Assembly (NCBI GenBank): GCA_973895155.1
Contig: OZ316892.1
Coordinates: 19,851,869 to 19,915,868, forward strand
Length of the DNA stretch: 64,000 nucleotides
Direction of reading: 5' to 3'
Source of the DNA: Marsupella aquatica
Taxonomy: Eukaryota; Plantae; Marchantiophyta
This document shows positions 11,508 to 24,900 of the stretch, piece by piece. The first letter of the stretch is position 1; every line of letters begins with the position of its first letter. Under the pieces are notes generated by a model. The model saw only the letters and a program-made list of their open reading frames with translations, had not been told where the DNA came from and ran no database searches. The position numbers and the translations under genes were made by a program.

Positions 11508-13383
11508 AAATACGCTAGTACAGAGGAAAGTTGTGGTGAAAACTCAAAGTATAAGCAAGCGTATCGGGCCAACACCTACATTATTACCTCAGGACTGCTG
11601 CGGATTGAAAATGGATGTTGGTTGGATTCAATCACCAACGAATCGGGTGAAATTTCCTCCGCTGGCTTCAAACAAACCGCCCGCTCGGGCTACATGCATT
11701 ACACAATGGAATTAGAAGGTTGCATAATTACTCCAACCAATGCAGCTGACGGATAATCCCGTGTTAATAGCACGCGAACAGATAGGGTTACATACGACGG
11801 TCTATCGAAAAGTCAGCTAAGGAATCAAAAGAATGCTAGCCATCATTTTTGAGAGTTTGATCATCATGTGCAAACCAAACCTATGTCACCGACCCGTTGA
11901 AGTGCTCAGATGTGAAAAAAAAATGAAATCGCTTCCGGAAGTAAGTTGGCCGTCCTCCACTAGCTTCCCTTTGTTGCCAATAAACTCTGCTGCGATGAGA
12001 GCTCTTGGGCTGTAATTATCTCAATGGTTTGAATGGGCCGGGCCAACATGGACAATCTTGCAATGCGCAACAAAATACCTACTCGTTTGCAATTTCTCGT
12101 CGCTCTCTCTTCCTGCCCCAACACTCGAACACTACTGATTTTGGCTATGGACCTCAAGCTGCTTGGTGTCCACCATGAAACACTTCGTAAAATTTGATAG
12201 GCTCAGGCATAAAACTCTCAATAATACTCCTTTGTCCTCGAGTCCTTACTACTGTTGAGACTATCGCGCCAAAGTTGGAAGGACTTGGAGTCCTTGTTTT
12301 CAAAATGTCCTGGCCGGCGGGGATTGCGAGGACATTTATTGTAGGTTTCCAAGACTTCCGAGTCCTTTTTTTGAAAAGTAAACGACGGCTACTCGCCTCG
12401 AGGACATTAAACACATCATAAGTACTCTATATGAGGATACGAGTGCAAGCTTTACTAGGGTCCTACTAAATCCAAAAAAGTTCATTTAATGGAATCAGTT
12501 CACCAGTTCAAATCTAGCCTTTGATATACGTATCCTCAATCTTGGCCATTGAGGGATATGTTGCACATTTAATGCAAAATGGCAAGGACTCGAGTCCTTT
12601 TTGTGGAGAAAAAAGGAGAAAAATGGTAGTCCTCAATCATGCAATGGACCTTAGTTATATAGCTACAAGTACTACAGGGGAATTTACAAACGACAGCAAA
12701 TAGATAACAGTAACAGGAAACAGATTCTGGTACCAGTTAAAAGGAGCTGTTACCAGTGAACAGTGTTTGGATGGTCGTGAACAGTTATCTTAAAAAAAGG
12801 TCTCAAAATCTCCATTTGAAAGTACAAGAATAGAAAACAAAACCACCAAACCCTCGTGATAAATAAAAGAACAACAAGGAAACAATTTTTTGAAACATAA
12901 AAGACGGCTGCCAATTGAGATACACAAAATCCAAGACAAATACAAGTAGAAAAGAAAGGCTGGAAAAAACATTCGCATATATTATCGCAAAATAGAAAAC
13001 GCGGTCGGCTTAAGTGATACAAAATGCAGTTATCAACATCAACAATCTGGCCTAAAAATCCCATCCATGAAGTCACGGTCAACACCGTCGGAGGTTTTCA
13101 ACTAATACATGAACAGCGCTCGGCGCTAGCCAAAAATTAACTAGAAAACTAGTCGTTTCTTGGAGACAAGATGCGTCCAAACCCAGACAACATAGTCAAG
13201 ATCCATTCCCTCCCACAAAATCCGTTGTCATTTCAATAGCGCCCGGCGCTAGCCAACCTAAATAGTAGACAATCGGGAAAACTCTAACGCCAGAGCTGAG
13301 GTCGACTTCAATGCCACAAAATCCGGAAAACTTTAGCAGCGCCCGGCGCTAGCTTAAAGCGATCAGCAAAACAAAATTTCCAT

Positions 13384-13845
13384 CTAGCTTTCCGAGTTGC
13401 AATCATCATCCACTCCTGCTGCTTCTCTCCGCCGATCTTTCTTGAAGCCGAGACCATGCAAACGAACGTATCCCTCTGAAGGTCCTCGACGAACAGCCCT
13501 CGTAAAATGTTCATTAGGAATATTACTGTCCTTAAAATCAACTCGCCCAAACATTTCTTGTACTCTTCGATCGATTGGGAGTACCCCATCAACAAGAACT
13601 CCCGGGTGAGACAAAAACCGACTAGAGAACGGAGGCGCAGGGGAATCGACAATCCAAGGGATGTTCTTCTCTCCAGGACTAATAGCCTCATCATACGGGA
13701 GAGCATGACGATTCCGAAAAGTGGAAGTTGCAGTTTCTTCAGTCTCCATCCGCAATTCAAAAGAGCTGAAATGGCTCTCTTCCGGACGCACACGAGAAGG
13801 ACGAAAAGCTGCCTCCCAATCCATTGGCTCATACTGACTCGCCAT
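13384..13845 (-). CDS. Small hypothetical MULE accessory protein (153 aa)
   Basis: ATG-initiated open frame inside the MULE, with element palindromes just downstream and a tandem array upstream; no recognised domain. Confidence 0.4.
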   Translation of the reverse strand: MASQYEPMDWEAAFRPSRVRPEESHFSSFELRMETEETATSTFRNRHALPYDEAISPGEKNIPWIVDSPAPPFSSRFLSHPGVLVDGVLPIDRRVQEMFGRVDFKDSNIPNEHFTRAVRRGPSEGYVRLHGLGFKKDRRREAAGVDDDCNSES

Positions 13846-13989
13846 GTTTCAAAGACCCCGATCTAATATGTAACCTCTCCTCCCGTAAGAATGTCATCCG
13901 CGAGTGCTATAGCCGACAAAGGTCAAAGAAAGGTCTGCAAAGACTAAGACGCCAGATAAAGGTCCGCGTACACTACCATTCTGAAACGA

Positions 13990-14320
13990 CCATCAAACTA
14001 TCATCATCCTGTTCTATTGCCTCCCGAAACTATCTTCACCTTGGTAACAAGTATCGTCCCGTTCTATCGTCTTCCCGAAACAAAGTCTTCCCAAACGAAC
14101 TATCATCCCGTTCTATCATCACGTTCTATCGTCCTCCTGAAACAAAGTCTCCCCTCCCGTTCTATCGTCCCGTTCTATCGTCCTCCCGAAACTATCATCG
14201 TCCTCAACTATCGACGTCCCCAACTCTCGTCGTCCCGAACAAACCTAAACTGAAACTATAGTCGTCCCTTCCGCCCGGTCCCTAAACTATGGAATCATCG
14301 TCCCGAAACTATGGTCCCCA
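13990..14320. repeat. Degenerate tandem repeat (ctatcgtcccgtt / cccgaaactat units)
   Basis: Directly visible short repeats upstream of the 153-aa ORF. Confidence 0.7.
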
Positions 14321-14591
14321 ACGGCTTTCCGACGACTGACTAAAGAACACAATCCAAATGGCAGTTGGTATCCAATGACGATGACCGTTGACAGGAAACG
14401 ACAAAGACTAAACGGCCATTTAGAGATTCCATTTGGCGAGCGCCAGGCGCTTGTAAAGAACAGAAGTCAAAAGTAATCAACAAGTAGAGAGAAATCAACA
14501 ATTTAAAAGGACCCTCAACAGAGGGAAATAATACAGATGTTACAAGCGCCGGGTGCTGCTAAAAGATTTAGCGTCAACTACCCACTACTTC

Positions 14592-17500
14592 TCACGGTTC
14601 CGAAGATTCTGAGTTGGAACCAGAATCTGTACTCTGGGATCTGTCCGTGGACACAACCTCATCATCTACGTACTGGCTGCGGGAGAAGTCATCAACATAA
14701 GGATGTTTAATGAACTTTCGGTCAACACCCCTTCGTAACCGAAGACCTTTGTTTTCCCAACAAAGTGTCCTTGCACTTTCTGCTTTCCTTGCGGCTTTCT
14801 CTGCATAGGAGGGAAGAACAAACGGTTTTTCCGGTGTTTCTACGTTGTGTCTTGCGATCTTCCTCCGCAGTTTGAATTGTCTCCTTGCATTCCACTCTGA
14901 GCTGATATAACAAAGTCCATTTTGTAAGGCGCCTTTTCCCAAAACAACAAAAGAAATGTTATGAATTGACGGGAATGGAGAAAGAAGCTTACAAGTTTAT
15001 GAATATAACTCGGAAGAGTCATCACTATCGGTTTCATCTGCAGTTGCACGACGCTCTCCCTTTTCCTCCTTGGAGTTTCTTGTACCTTGTTCCTCTCCAC
15101 CTTCACTCGATTCATCATCAGAATCAAAATTGAGAACCGACCGAAGCTTATCTCTTTTTTTTCTGTCGGCAGTAGGAACAGGTGGAGGTAACACTGCAAT
15201 CTCTTTGGGAGACAACAAATCCATGAAAACCTTTGAAGCGGTTTCAATAAATTCTTTTCGGTGTTCTATCCCGAGTACAAATCGTCCAGAGAAGTCGCTA
15301 GCAATGTAAGAGCTTCCAACCCCAGCAGTCCAATCCATAAAAATATCACGAGGCCGTGTGATAAGCTCTATAACAGATTGCATAAAACCCACAGACAGAT
15401 GAGCATTTCCAGCAAACTCCATTTGCGGGAATGGATCTGATTTGAGCGAAGAGAGTCCGATCAAATTGGTAACCAAAGGGTCCTCACTGATGGACAGCGG
15501 CCAAAATTTGGGGTCTTTGGGAATTTTACATTTCCCATTAATTCGGCCAAATATGTCAAGCCTGAGGGTAAACATCTCTCGGTCTGTCTTTGCCGCATAC
15601 ATCGGGTCAGACATCACAATATTATGCGAGCATATACACTGAAATTTCCTTGACTCCTGACAGGCAGCAATGACTTGCGACATGGGATCGTACTCCCCAT
15701 TGTGTAGAATTACAAGGAACCCATCATCTGATAAAAATGGATCCATGGATTTGAAAAAAGATCTAGCCATTGAGTGATCTGGAATGTTCCATTTAGGAAC
15801 CTTCTTATCAATGATAGATGGTTTGAACCCGGTCAGTAGGTAAATGAAGCCGGCATCCATCCAAACGATCTTACTTTTCCCCCCCGAACAACTCCCTTCT
15901 CTTTAAATCCCAACTTAACGAGGTCTTTTCCCCATTTCTCCACATCACTAACCCACTCGGCTTCTCCTCCTTGTTGAACGTCGAGTCAAAAAATTCAGAA
16001 AGGCTTGTCTCAACCATGCAATGGCGAGACACAGTTGTTTTGAAGTTTCCAACTTCACGTTGGAAACCAGAAGCTATAACACTCTCCCTTAAAGATTGTC
16101 CACCTTTGACAGCTCTCTTTCGTTTCTTCCTGGTACTCGTGGCGTCGATAGGAACTATAACCTTCCCTTTGTCGACTGGAGTAATGGGGTCCGATCGAGC
16201 TCCCGTGTTTGCCTCGGAAACTTCAGGTGTAGCATCCTTTTTCGTATCTCCCGTTCCCACCGTATTAGACTTCCTCCCTCCTAAAATATAACCAGGTCGT
16301 AGTTAGGATAAGTACTTTTAAAGTATTGAAAGAAGCTAGCGCCTGGTGCTAACCAAATGCAATTCACTTAAGTCGCAACCGAAGCCTAATAACCAAGAAA
16401 GAGAATACCCTCAACAGAATATTTTTTGCCAGCGCCTGGCGCTGGCAAAATCATGGATAGCAATACTTACTCTTCTTTCCAGATTTAGTAGACTCGCTCG
16501 GTGCTGCTAGCTCCGCTTTGGCTTTCGCGCGAGGTTTGCGACTCCGGTCCACATGCACAACAGTTGTTTCACAGATAGTTTGCAAGTTTATGGCAGACTT
16601 GTCTACATCGTCAAGTAGACCCTACTTCATGTCGGACACAAGTTTTGCTGGCATCTGAGACTTTGAAAGCTTATGGAAGGCATCTTTTTCCCTTTGATCA
16701 AAAGAAGAATCCCATCTATCTGTATCTAGATACCAGGGGCAGTGAGTTCTCTCCCATTCTGTCATTGGTCTCGGAGGAAATATGCCCTCCATGGGGTACA
16801 TAGAGTACAAATCAGCCAAGGCATCATCTTCACTTATTGAAATCCACTTCATAAAAGCTGCAGGATATGCCCAGAAGTAATCAGGTTTGGTTACCTCCAT
16901 GTGCATGTAGAACCTATACACAAACCTCTTCGCTTGCTTTTGGTTTCTCTGGGTGTAATCTTCTTTGTCAGGGTACTTTGAAGGCCACATAGTGTGAAAG
17001 AACTTATTCTTCACGGAATCACCAAATCTCTTGAATTCATTTGTAACAAACTGAACTAGATCATCAAACGAACTACAATTCCACTCTTCCAATCTATTCG
17101 CGGGCATGGTTTGCTCAACTTCACGTAGACATGAATGTAACATGCCAGCAGCAATTCCCTCCACACTATTCCAAGTGATCCAAGTGTGGCACCACTGTTT
17201 GACTGGATCATCGTTAACACTTGCTGGGTGAAAAAACTGTCTCCGCAGCTCAGGATTGCAATGTGCCACAAGTAAAGTGCTTCGTAACTTTGGGTCTAGA
17301 GCATAAACAGCGGTGAACAATCGTGCGCGGTCCATCGTACATACAACGGTGTCAGGCTTCTTCTCTCTCTTGTTTCTCTCTGTGATAGCATACATTTCTG
17401 CACATGTACTGAGGAAATCTTCAAATTCAGGACTTAATAAGGGCGTAATTTTTGAAGACTTCACTGCCCAATCTTTGGTTGCGTCTTTCATCATGGCCGC

Positions 17501-18685
17501 ATGCCGTTTTGAAATCTCGTCCGCCGACCATGGACTCCCTTGAGCCTCCGCTGCCTCCATGTTGAGTTTGAATTGATGCGAGTACGACTTTATCTTATTC
17601 TCACAAAGAATGTAAACAAGTGCTTCTTGTGGCATCTTCTTCGTATACCATGACCCCTTCCAAGTTTTCAGCCGGGAATGCTTTCAAACTTCTTGAAATT
17701 ACCCGGGTCAATCAGTTTACTGTAATACAAAAGGTCATGCGCCAGAATTCGTTTGATTCTGTCCGCATCCAGGATCCAGGAAGGCTCTACAACTGCTTGG
17801 CCAAGCCTACACGAACAAACGTTGAGAGTAAGAGTCAATGAAAAACAATTCATGTATAAGCAGCGCCGAGCGCTAGTAAATACAGCACTCGCAAGATTTA
17901 AGGAAAGAACTGGAAATCATGAGAACTTACTGATTCACGGTGTGCATAGCTGCCTCAATTTCAATGAGAGATCCCTTGTCTCCTTTAAATATTGTACAGA
18001 GCACACGAGGATGATATTTTGGATTTTCCGGGTTCTCCTCTGTTACAAGCGTCCAGGAGTACAGCCTGTGATTTCCATCGAATACAGAGAACATCTTATC
18101 CTTCAAGACGAGAAAATCCGGGTCAGCCTCGCATTCAGCATCAAACTTCTCGTTCTCCAATTGCCATATTGGATCCCATGAATCACGAATGTCTTGGGTA
18201 CAGGTCAGAACAATTCCGTTCTCATCCGTTGGCTGCACATAGAAACGCATCCCTATCGAAGAGTTGTAACCCATACTACGAAAAGAGTCTTTCAGCTTCT
18301 CGATGGAAGAGCTGTCTTTCTGCAGAGTACGAACCACCTCCATGTGAACCAATCGACATAGAGGGATTCAAGGCGGTTCCTTGTCAAATCCACGAGAATC
18401 CCTTCCAAAAGACATGACATGTTTCGAAATGAGATCAGTCTCAGCAAGCGCAAAATCCGCAACATCCTGGATCGCAATTGTGTCTACGTTGTCCATCTTT
18501 CTTCGCAAAGGATTTGGACCCAAAACACCACTGACAGAAGTGAACGGCAACAACTTTGAGGAATGAGTTACACGACGTGTATAGACTGAACCAGTAAACG
18601 AAGACTGCAAAGATTCAAAATAAGCTCGCTCCTGGTCAGGAACCGCACTATACCCTCTGGAAGAAGAGGGGAATACCTCCATCAT
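14592..18685 (-). pseudogene. Multi-exon ParB-like plus beta-class N4/N6 DNA methyltransferase-like gene
   Basis: IPLCRL..MEVVR and VFDGNHR (ParB/Srx-like). KIVWMDAGF occupies the DPPY position, followed by FLSDDGFLVI and IELITRPRDIFMDWTAGVGSSYIASDFSGRFVLGIE (SAM-binding motif I). GT-AG introns near 17808-17929 and 16282-16469. Lesions: TGA at 18368, frameshift near 17690, TAG at 16622, extra base in the run at 15879-15885. Confidence 0.75.
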
Positions 18686-18940
18686 CTTCCTTCTAGAAGC
18701 GTACGAACTATCGTACAATGAAATTATGGAACTATAATCATCTCTGAACGTGTAATATATTCTAGCGGGAGGATGACATAACCTAGAGGAAAGCCATTAG
18801 CTCTGATGTTTGGCGGTTTCCAAGGTCTGTATACGGAAGGTTTAATTACCAAAATCAAATGGTAGAAGATGCGTAACACACACGGAAGTCATAAGTTACC
18901 GTTGAATGTTACCGTTAAAGACATTTCCTAACATCATATC

Positions 18941-19370
18941 AATACTAGCGCCGGGCGCTAGCATTAATGATGACCATCAAGGTGAACAATTTAGAGTATG
19001 CTTATAATAGCGCCCGACGCTAGTATAAATTGGAAGAAATTTAGAGGTCTTTTTTGAAGGAGCTATGACATAAATTTTGGCCTTTCCACTCCCATATTTT
19101 ATTAAAGTATCCTTCAGTACATCGTTTACGGAGAAATATTTCTTAAATGTAATACTAGCGCCCGGCGCTAGTATAAATGTTCATTTATCATCCATAATCC
19201 ATCAAAACCATCCTTTGAAGGCACCATTTATTCCCAATTACCACCTGGTATGTGATCATAATGTTCATTTTCAGGGAATTTATTCTATACTAGCGTCGGG
19301 CGCTAGTTTGGAATGTCGAGATTTCAGACACATTTTTAGTGGCGTATTTTAGTTAGCGCCAGGCGCTACT
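18941..19370. promoter_or_regulatory. Cluster of five AGCGCCNGGCGCT palindromes in the divergent intergenic region
   Basis: Copies at 18947, 19009, 19157, 19292 and 19355, several with extended arms (atactagcgcccggcgctagtat); a regulatory role is inferred. Confidence 0.6.
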
Positions 19371-19581
19371 AAAATTTGACAATACCTTGTCATATCTTAT
19401 GGTCTGTTTGAGTAAGGTTGGTGATCTTTTTAGCAATATGTTTGTGTCTGACATCCAGACTTCTCGGGGAAAAAACGACAAAAATCATTTATGGTGCCAA
19501 CGGATCCTCCATCGTCAATGTTTTATGTCGTATACAAACGGATCGGTTAACATCAAATTCCCAGGTTCGACAGATATAAGC

Positions 19582-21926
19582 TGTCACGCGATTGACATGG
19601 GTCTTAACACCAAAAACGTCACTATGGGTGCCAAAACCATCTCCTTGTACCTGAGGATCACGAAGGGATGTTGTGAATGCCGGTAAACACCAGTTTATGC
19701 CCTTAACACCAGACTATCATAGCAAGACTCTATCACACATCACCCAAGCTCAATCCCAAGGAACCAAGGTTGGGGATCAGATCTGCGCTCATGATAGTTC
19801 TGGTGAGAAGGGGTCTTCATATCGGGCCGGTACACACAGGGCCTAGCGCTACGGTGCGCATAGGTCTATACATATGCTTACTGTCATAGGTATGTTTCTA
19901 TTCCGCCGCCGGAATGTACCCATAAACCAGTGACTCCTGACTGATTCCCGGCTTAGGGACTTCTAAGCCATTGCCCCACCACTCTGCCATTCCACTCTCA
20001 ACAATCAGAGCTATGACAGTCCTCACCCAGCCCGCTTCAATGCACCCGGTACACCTCTCAGTGGCGCTGCTAGTTCCATCATACACTCAGATTGCCTCAC
20101 ACACACACACATCCATGAGAGAAATGAGGCCTGAGAGGAAAACTCAATTAGATTCAAAGATGTGCACAATAGTTCACTGAGAACACTTGATCCGAACACT
20201 AGGGCCGAAGGCTGTCTCCTCCAGATTGTGACGTGCTTGCCCTGCAAGCCCCGTGCTTGCCATGCAAGCTCAATCCTGAACTCAACCTCCTTCACTGCAC
20301 TTCATTCTTGGGGGCACATACAGATCTCACACCTCCAATTCAGAACATCAAGTTATGCATGCATAGTTGACTCGACTTCAAAGCTGGTACCAGGCCTAAC
20401 GGCGATCTATCCCAGACAGCAATGAGGCCCGGCCTCACGCTTGCCCTGCAAGCTCAGCTCTGGCCATAGATCCCTTAGTGCTCTCCACCAGACAAAGGCC
20501 GGGACTCCCCATGGGTCACGTAGCCTTGCCAGACTGAACTGTAAATGCTCCTCCTGCTGCCCCTTAATCAGTACCTCAGCCTCCCTAATGTGCCCACCGC
20601 AAATCGAATTGAAATCCTCCCCACAGTTTACAATCACCAATACATCACCTATCACCAAGGCTCTGTATCGGGGGAAAAGAACCCAGTTGTGCTGCCCACT
20701 AGAAAGAGCCACAATCCAGCTCGCAAACCTAGCAACCCATTGCTGTGAAGCTTGGCTGATTACTCCCTGAGTAATAGCACAACCAAGCTCTCCCCAACAC
20801 GCAGCGTCCAAGTCCAGCCTTGCTTGCACAGAGCTCCTCCCCGCTACTCAGTCTAAGTGAGATCACACAACTGAAGTCCCCCCCTCTCTACCGGGGGGCT
20901 GCTCTATATACTCTCTCATTGAGCCCAAATGGGTGGATGCTACGCTGCTGGAGCCCCATCCCAGCCCTAACAGAGCCGCCACTATCTCTAACTACTGAAC
21001 CCTAACTCGCAACTTTATTTCTATCTCGAATTGGCTATGTACTTCGGATTCGGCCCTCCTCCATGGTTTTCGCGAGCTTACGCCTTCTCTCCTGATTTCT
21101 GTATTCAACCATTTGCTGCGTGGATAACAGCGTTGGAAGCGACTTGAGCTCCTCTTTCCAACGAGGTCAATTATAGCCGATTTGGTCAAATACACAGAGA
21201 GTTATGCCCCCGTAACCGAGAGGGGGTACTCACTGTTGCGCTAACCCGAGTTACATAGCTAACCCGAGTTCGGCTAACCTAGCTATCCTATCTAACCCGA
21301 GTAGAGCTAACCCGTGGTCTCGGGTTAGGCCGTTACCCGCTATCCGCTATCCTAGCCTAAGCTGAGCCCGAACCCGAGCTTACCTATGCTAACCTGACCC
21401 CGAGTTAAGTCTAACCCGGGATCAATCTAATCCGAACCCGGGTTAAGCCTAAGCTGAAGCCGTGCTTACCTGAGCTAAGCTGAAGCCGTGCTGACCTAAG
21501 CTAAGCTGAAGCCGTGCTGACCTGAGCTAAGCTGAAGCCGTGCTCACATAAGCTAAGCCGTGGTCGAGCTTGGGTTAACCCGAAACTGAAGCCGAATCCG
21601 CTAATTCCGGTCACAAGTTAACCCGTCACACTAATCAGGCCGTATCTTTCTTAATACACCTCCGTTTCCTGAGTGTTTTATATCGATTTTACTCGCCTTG
21701 ACCAGATCTTTCCAATGCTCTTTACAGATCCGGATTTGGTGACATATTGAAAGAGATATGGTCGTCGACCACCTGCGACATAGCTTTTATTTCCCTACTC
21801 TTAACGCCATGATTGCCCTTATTCTTGCCATCTTGCTAATTGTTATGCAATATCAATAGCTACTCCTTGCATACAGCAACCTACTTAATCAGATTACAAA
21901 ATAAGGACCATGTCATTGGCGTCACA
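19582..21926. mobile_element. Solo LTR (2345 bp) nested in the MULE
   Basis: TGTCACGC...GCGTCACA termini with a perfect 5-bp TSD TAAGC (19577-19581 / 21927-21931); no retroelement coding domains. Confidence 0.85.
21240..21600. repeat. Tandem repeats within the solo LTR (taacccga units; 26-bp gctaagctgaagccgtgctgacctra)
   Basis: Directly visible. Confidence 0.8.
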
Positions 21927-21995
21927 TAAGCTGAACAATACCATGAACTTTTCTTCTTTCAAACGCTATAGCCCTCGGTTTTGTTTTTGTTCACC

Positions 21996-24900
21996 ATGTC
22001 TCGGTCTATCGTTCTTTCTCGATTCGGTTCTGAAGATATTGTGACTATCCCCGTCCCCATGGAAGATACGTACAAGCAAGTCCAGGAGAGGTATCTCTAC
22101 GGGAGATTTGATTTGAAGATGAATGACATTGAGGCCATTGTTCGAGAGCTCGAATCCATTGATGATATCGAGGATGCTGCAACGTTCAATGTCGATGACA
22201 GTGAACGGTTTTGGCATCTCTACGCAGGGATCTCGTACTCGGTTCGTTTAAGACAGCATGCAGGACTGTCCAGTTTCCCGCCGGTACCATGTGATGTGGT
22301 TGAGATTTCTTCAAGTGAGGATGGAGATCATACTCTAAGTCCACCGTCGAAGAAGAAAAGCCCGCTCCCTGTTATCGTGAAAGTTGAGACTCCGGGAAGC
22401 TCTAAGCAGTTGGAGGTCGTGTACCGGCGCAGTGCAATGGATACGTTACTCAAATCAACTGGTCATAGTGAGTTGTCACGGTTCATATCAGCGGGTGATT
22501 TCAAGCATGAACAAGTGTCTTGTCTGCCAACTAAGTACAATGGTAACGTCGTGTTTGAGTTGCCGCCCATTGATAAGATGCTCTCTAAAGGCTCTAGGCT
22601 TAGGGACATGGATCGTGCCAAAGATTGTTACATTTGGACACGCATATTTCCAACAACTGCAACTGTTCATCCTAAAAACCTTTGGCAGTTTGGGAAGGTT
22701 ACCTGTACGGGATTCATTGAATGCAGGAACAAGTCCTGCGACTATTTCCAAAGGAAGAAGAAGGCAAATGCTAAGGCATGGCAGGGTACTCCAAAGCTCA
22801 GTGGTCAGTATGCTGTGGGATCTTTCATCGAAGAGGGAGGTGTTGTTTGTCATTACTGCGAACAGATTCCTTTTTGTGTGAAGTACTGCCCTGCCCGTTT
22901 GTTTTACATGTACCCCAAAGTATTACTTGATGCGGAAACATGTAGTCATATGTCCCGCCTGGCAATTCATATAGGTGAGCACAACCATCCAGGTAGAAAA
23001 ACCTTCTGTAGGAGTGCGGAGAAGATAGCTGAGGATCTAATTAAAAAAAACATGAAGCCAATCCTCTGTCAAAACCGGCAGGGATCTTGAATTCTGCTAC
23101 AGGGTCCTTAGTGAAATCTCTCTGCGAACATGTTGACGACATGGTCGATATCGAAGAAACTGAAATATGGAAGTCTCTGATGGTCCTTTCCACTCCGCAG
23201 AAGTTTGCATCTCTTTGTCGGAGCGTTAGGATAGACCAAAAAGGTTGGGGTGAATTAGATTTTCTCTCGCAAATGCAGAGGAGGATTCATGTGTCGTTTC
23301 TCCAGAGGTATTTGCTTCCAGGTCAGGGATGTCAGAACGATAGGCCTCACATCTTTAAAATGACCGTGAAAGGTCATGGTTCCGGTGTGGATCTTTTGAG
23401 GCAGATGCAACCAGGTGGAAGACTCGAAGGAGCCTGGGTAAGTTTCGATGTGATGCAGCGTGTCACCACGGATTGGTTTACTTTCAGCGCACACGTCTAC
23501 GACCACAATTTCCGTGCACTGTGTACAATTTTCACATGCGAGTTGAAAGGTGAAGACACTGAGTCTTTTGAAAAGGCATGGAGAGTGATGATTGAGGTTT
23601 GCAAAGAAAATGAACTTCAGGAGGTTGTCATCCAAGGATTTATGGCCGACAATGCACAAGCTGGATGGAATGCAGTGCGAAATGTTTTTTTTGGTGGACA
23701 CCCGGACCCGGAGAGGGAGCGCTTTGATGCATTTCACTTTTATCAATCTTTTCATCGTCATTCCAAGGAAGGAGTACTGGAAGAATGTCAATCGGAGCAT
23801 CGGAGACTTTGGGAGAAACTGAGAAATGCTCCATCATTTGTGGCAGCATACCGGGTGTCCTGAGAGATTGTTGTGTGGTGGCAATCAGGAAATCGTGTCC
23901 CCAGAAAGCTGAAGATGCTGCAAAGCTGGATATCTTGGTGGGTTGTTCGCTGGCGCCAGTGGGGCAATTTTATTCGAGTGGTAAGGCATCCATCTATCTA
24001 GACTGTAATGTTCATCAACTTCATATTAGCGCCAGGCGCTGGTTATTTTCTCCATACGCGTCAAAACAAGTAGTACAAGAAATTGAAGCCAATATGTAGT
24101 TAGAATTCAGTATTAAACATTGAAATTGTATTTCAGGCTTGTTCTACATATTTATGTTGCCAGCGCCGGGCGCTGGTAATAGAATACTACTTATGGTTGA
24201 CATTTTCGTATGGCAGAGCAAAAGTGCTGAGGAAGGTGCCTTGATCCCCAACTGTACAGAGTCAGAATCAAGGCATGCGTCCATGAAAGCCTCGGCTACA
24301 AAGAAAAAGGTCGGTCTTTATGAAGCTTGCGAAGTTGACCAAAACCGTGCTCTGTCTCAAGTTGCAGGATATAGTGCATACCGTAAAGGCTTGAACCGGG
24401 GGAAGGGGCCAACTATATGGGAATTGGCGTTCCGTTCCGCCGATCAAGCAGGTTCGCCAAGATTGTTTGAAGAAGCGACTAATATGCTTCTATCTAACGC
24501 AGCAGAATTCGATTTGGAAAGAAGTACTCCCCTGAATGGAGATATAATGACGAAGTCAATGAAGAGGAAGGGACATGCAACTGGGACTGTCTCTCCACAA
24601 GATTCCCATTGGCATGACACCGTTCTAACAACCACACCAAATACTCGTGGTTTGAAAAGGAAGAACCTGAACATAACTGACTTTTCTTCTATTCCCTCAA
24701 GTTCTGATCATCCTGTCACAAAGGCGGTGAATCTCTCAGGTATGGTCACATCAGAGAGTGATACTGATTCACTGGACTATACTCCTCAAACAACCCGAGC
24801 AACAAGATCCTCAAAACCTCCGCTCAGTGCCCAGCAGCACTTCAGATCAACTTCCACGCACGATTGTGCTAGAGAAGGATGTCCCTCCGGGGCAGTGGCA

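Noticed and set aside
19582-21743. Alternative solo-LTR end at ...GGTGACA (21743)
   Set aside because: No TSD; the end at 21926 gives a perfect TAAGC duplication
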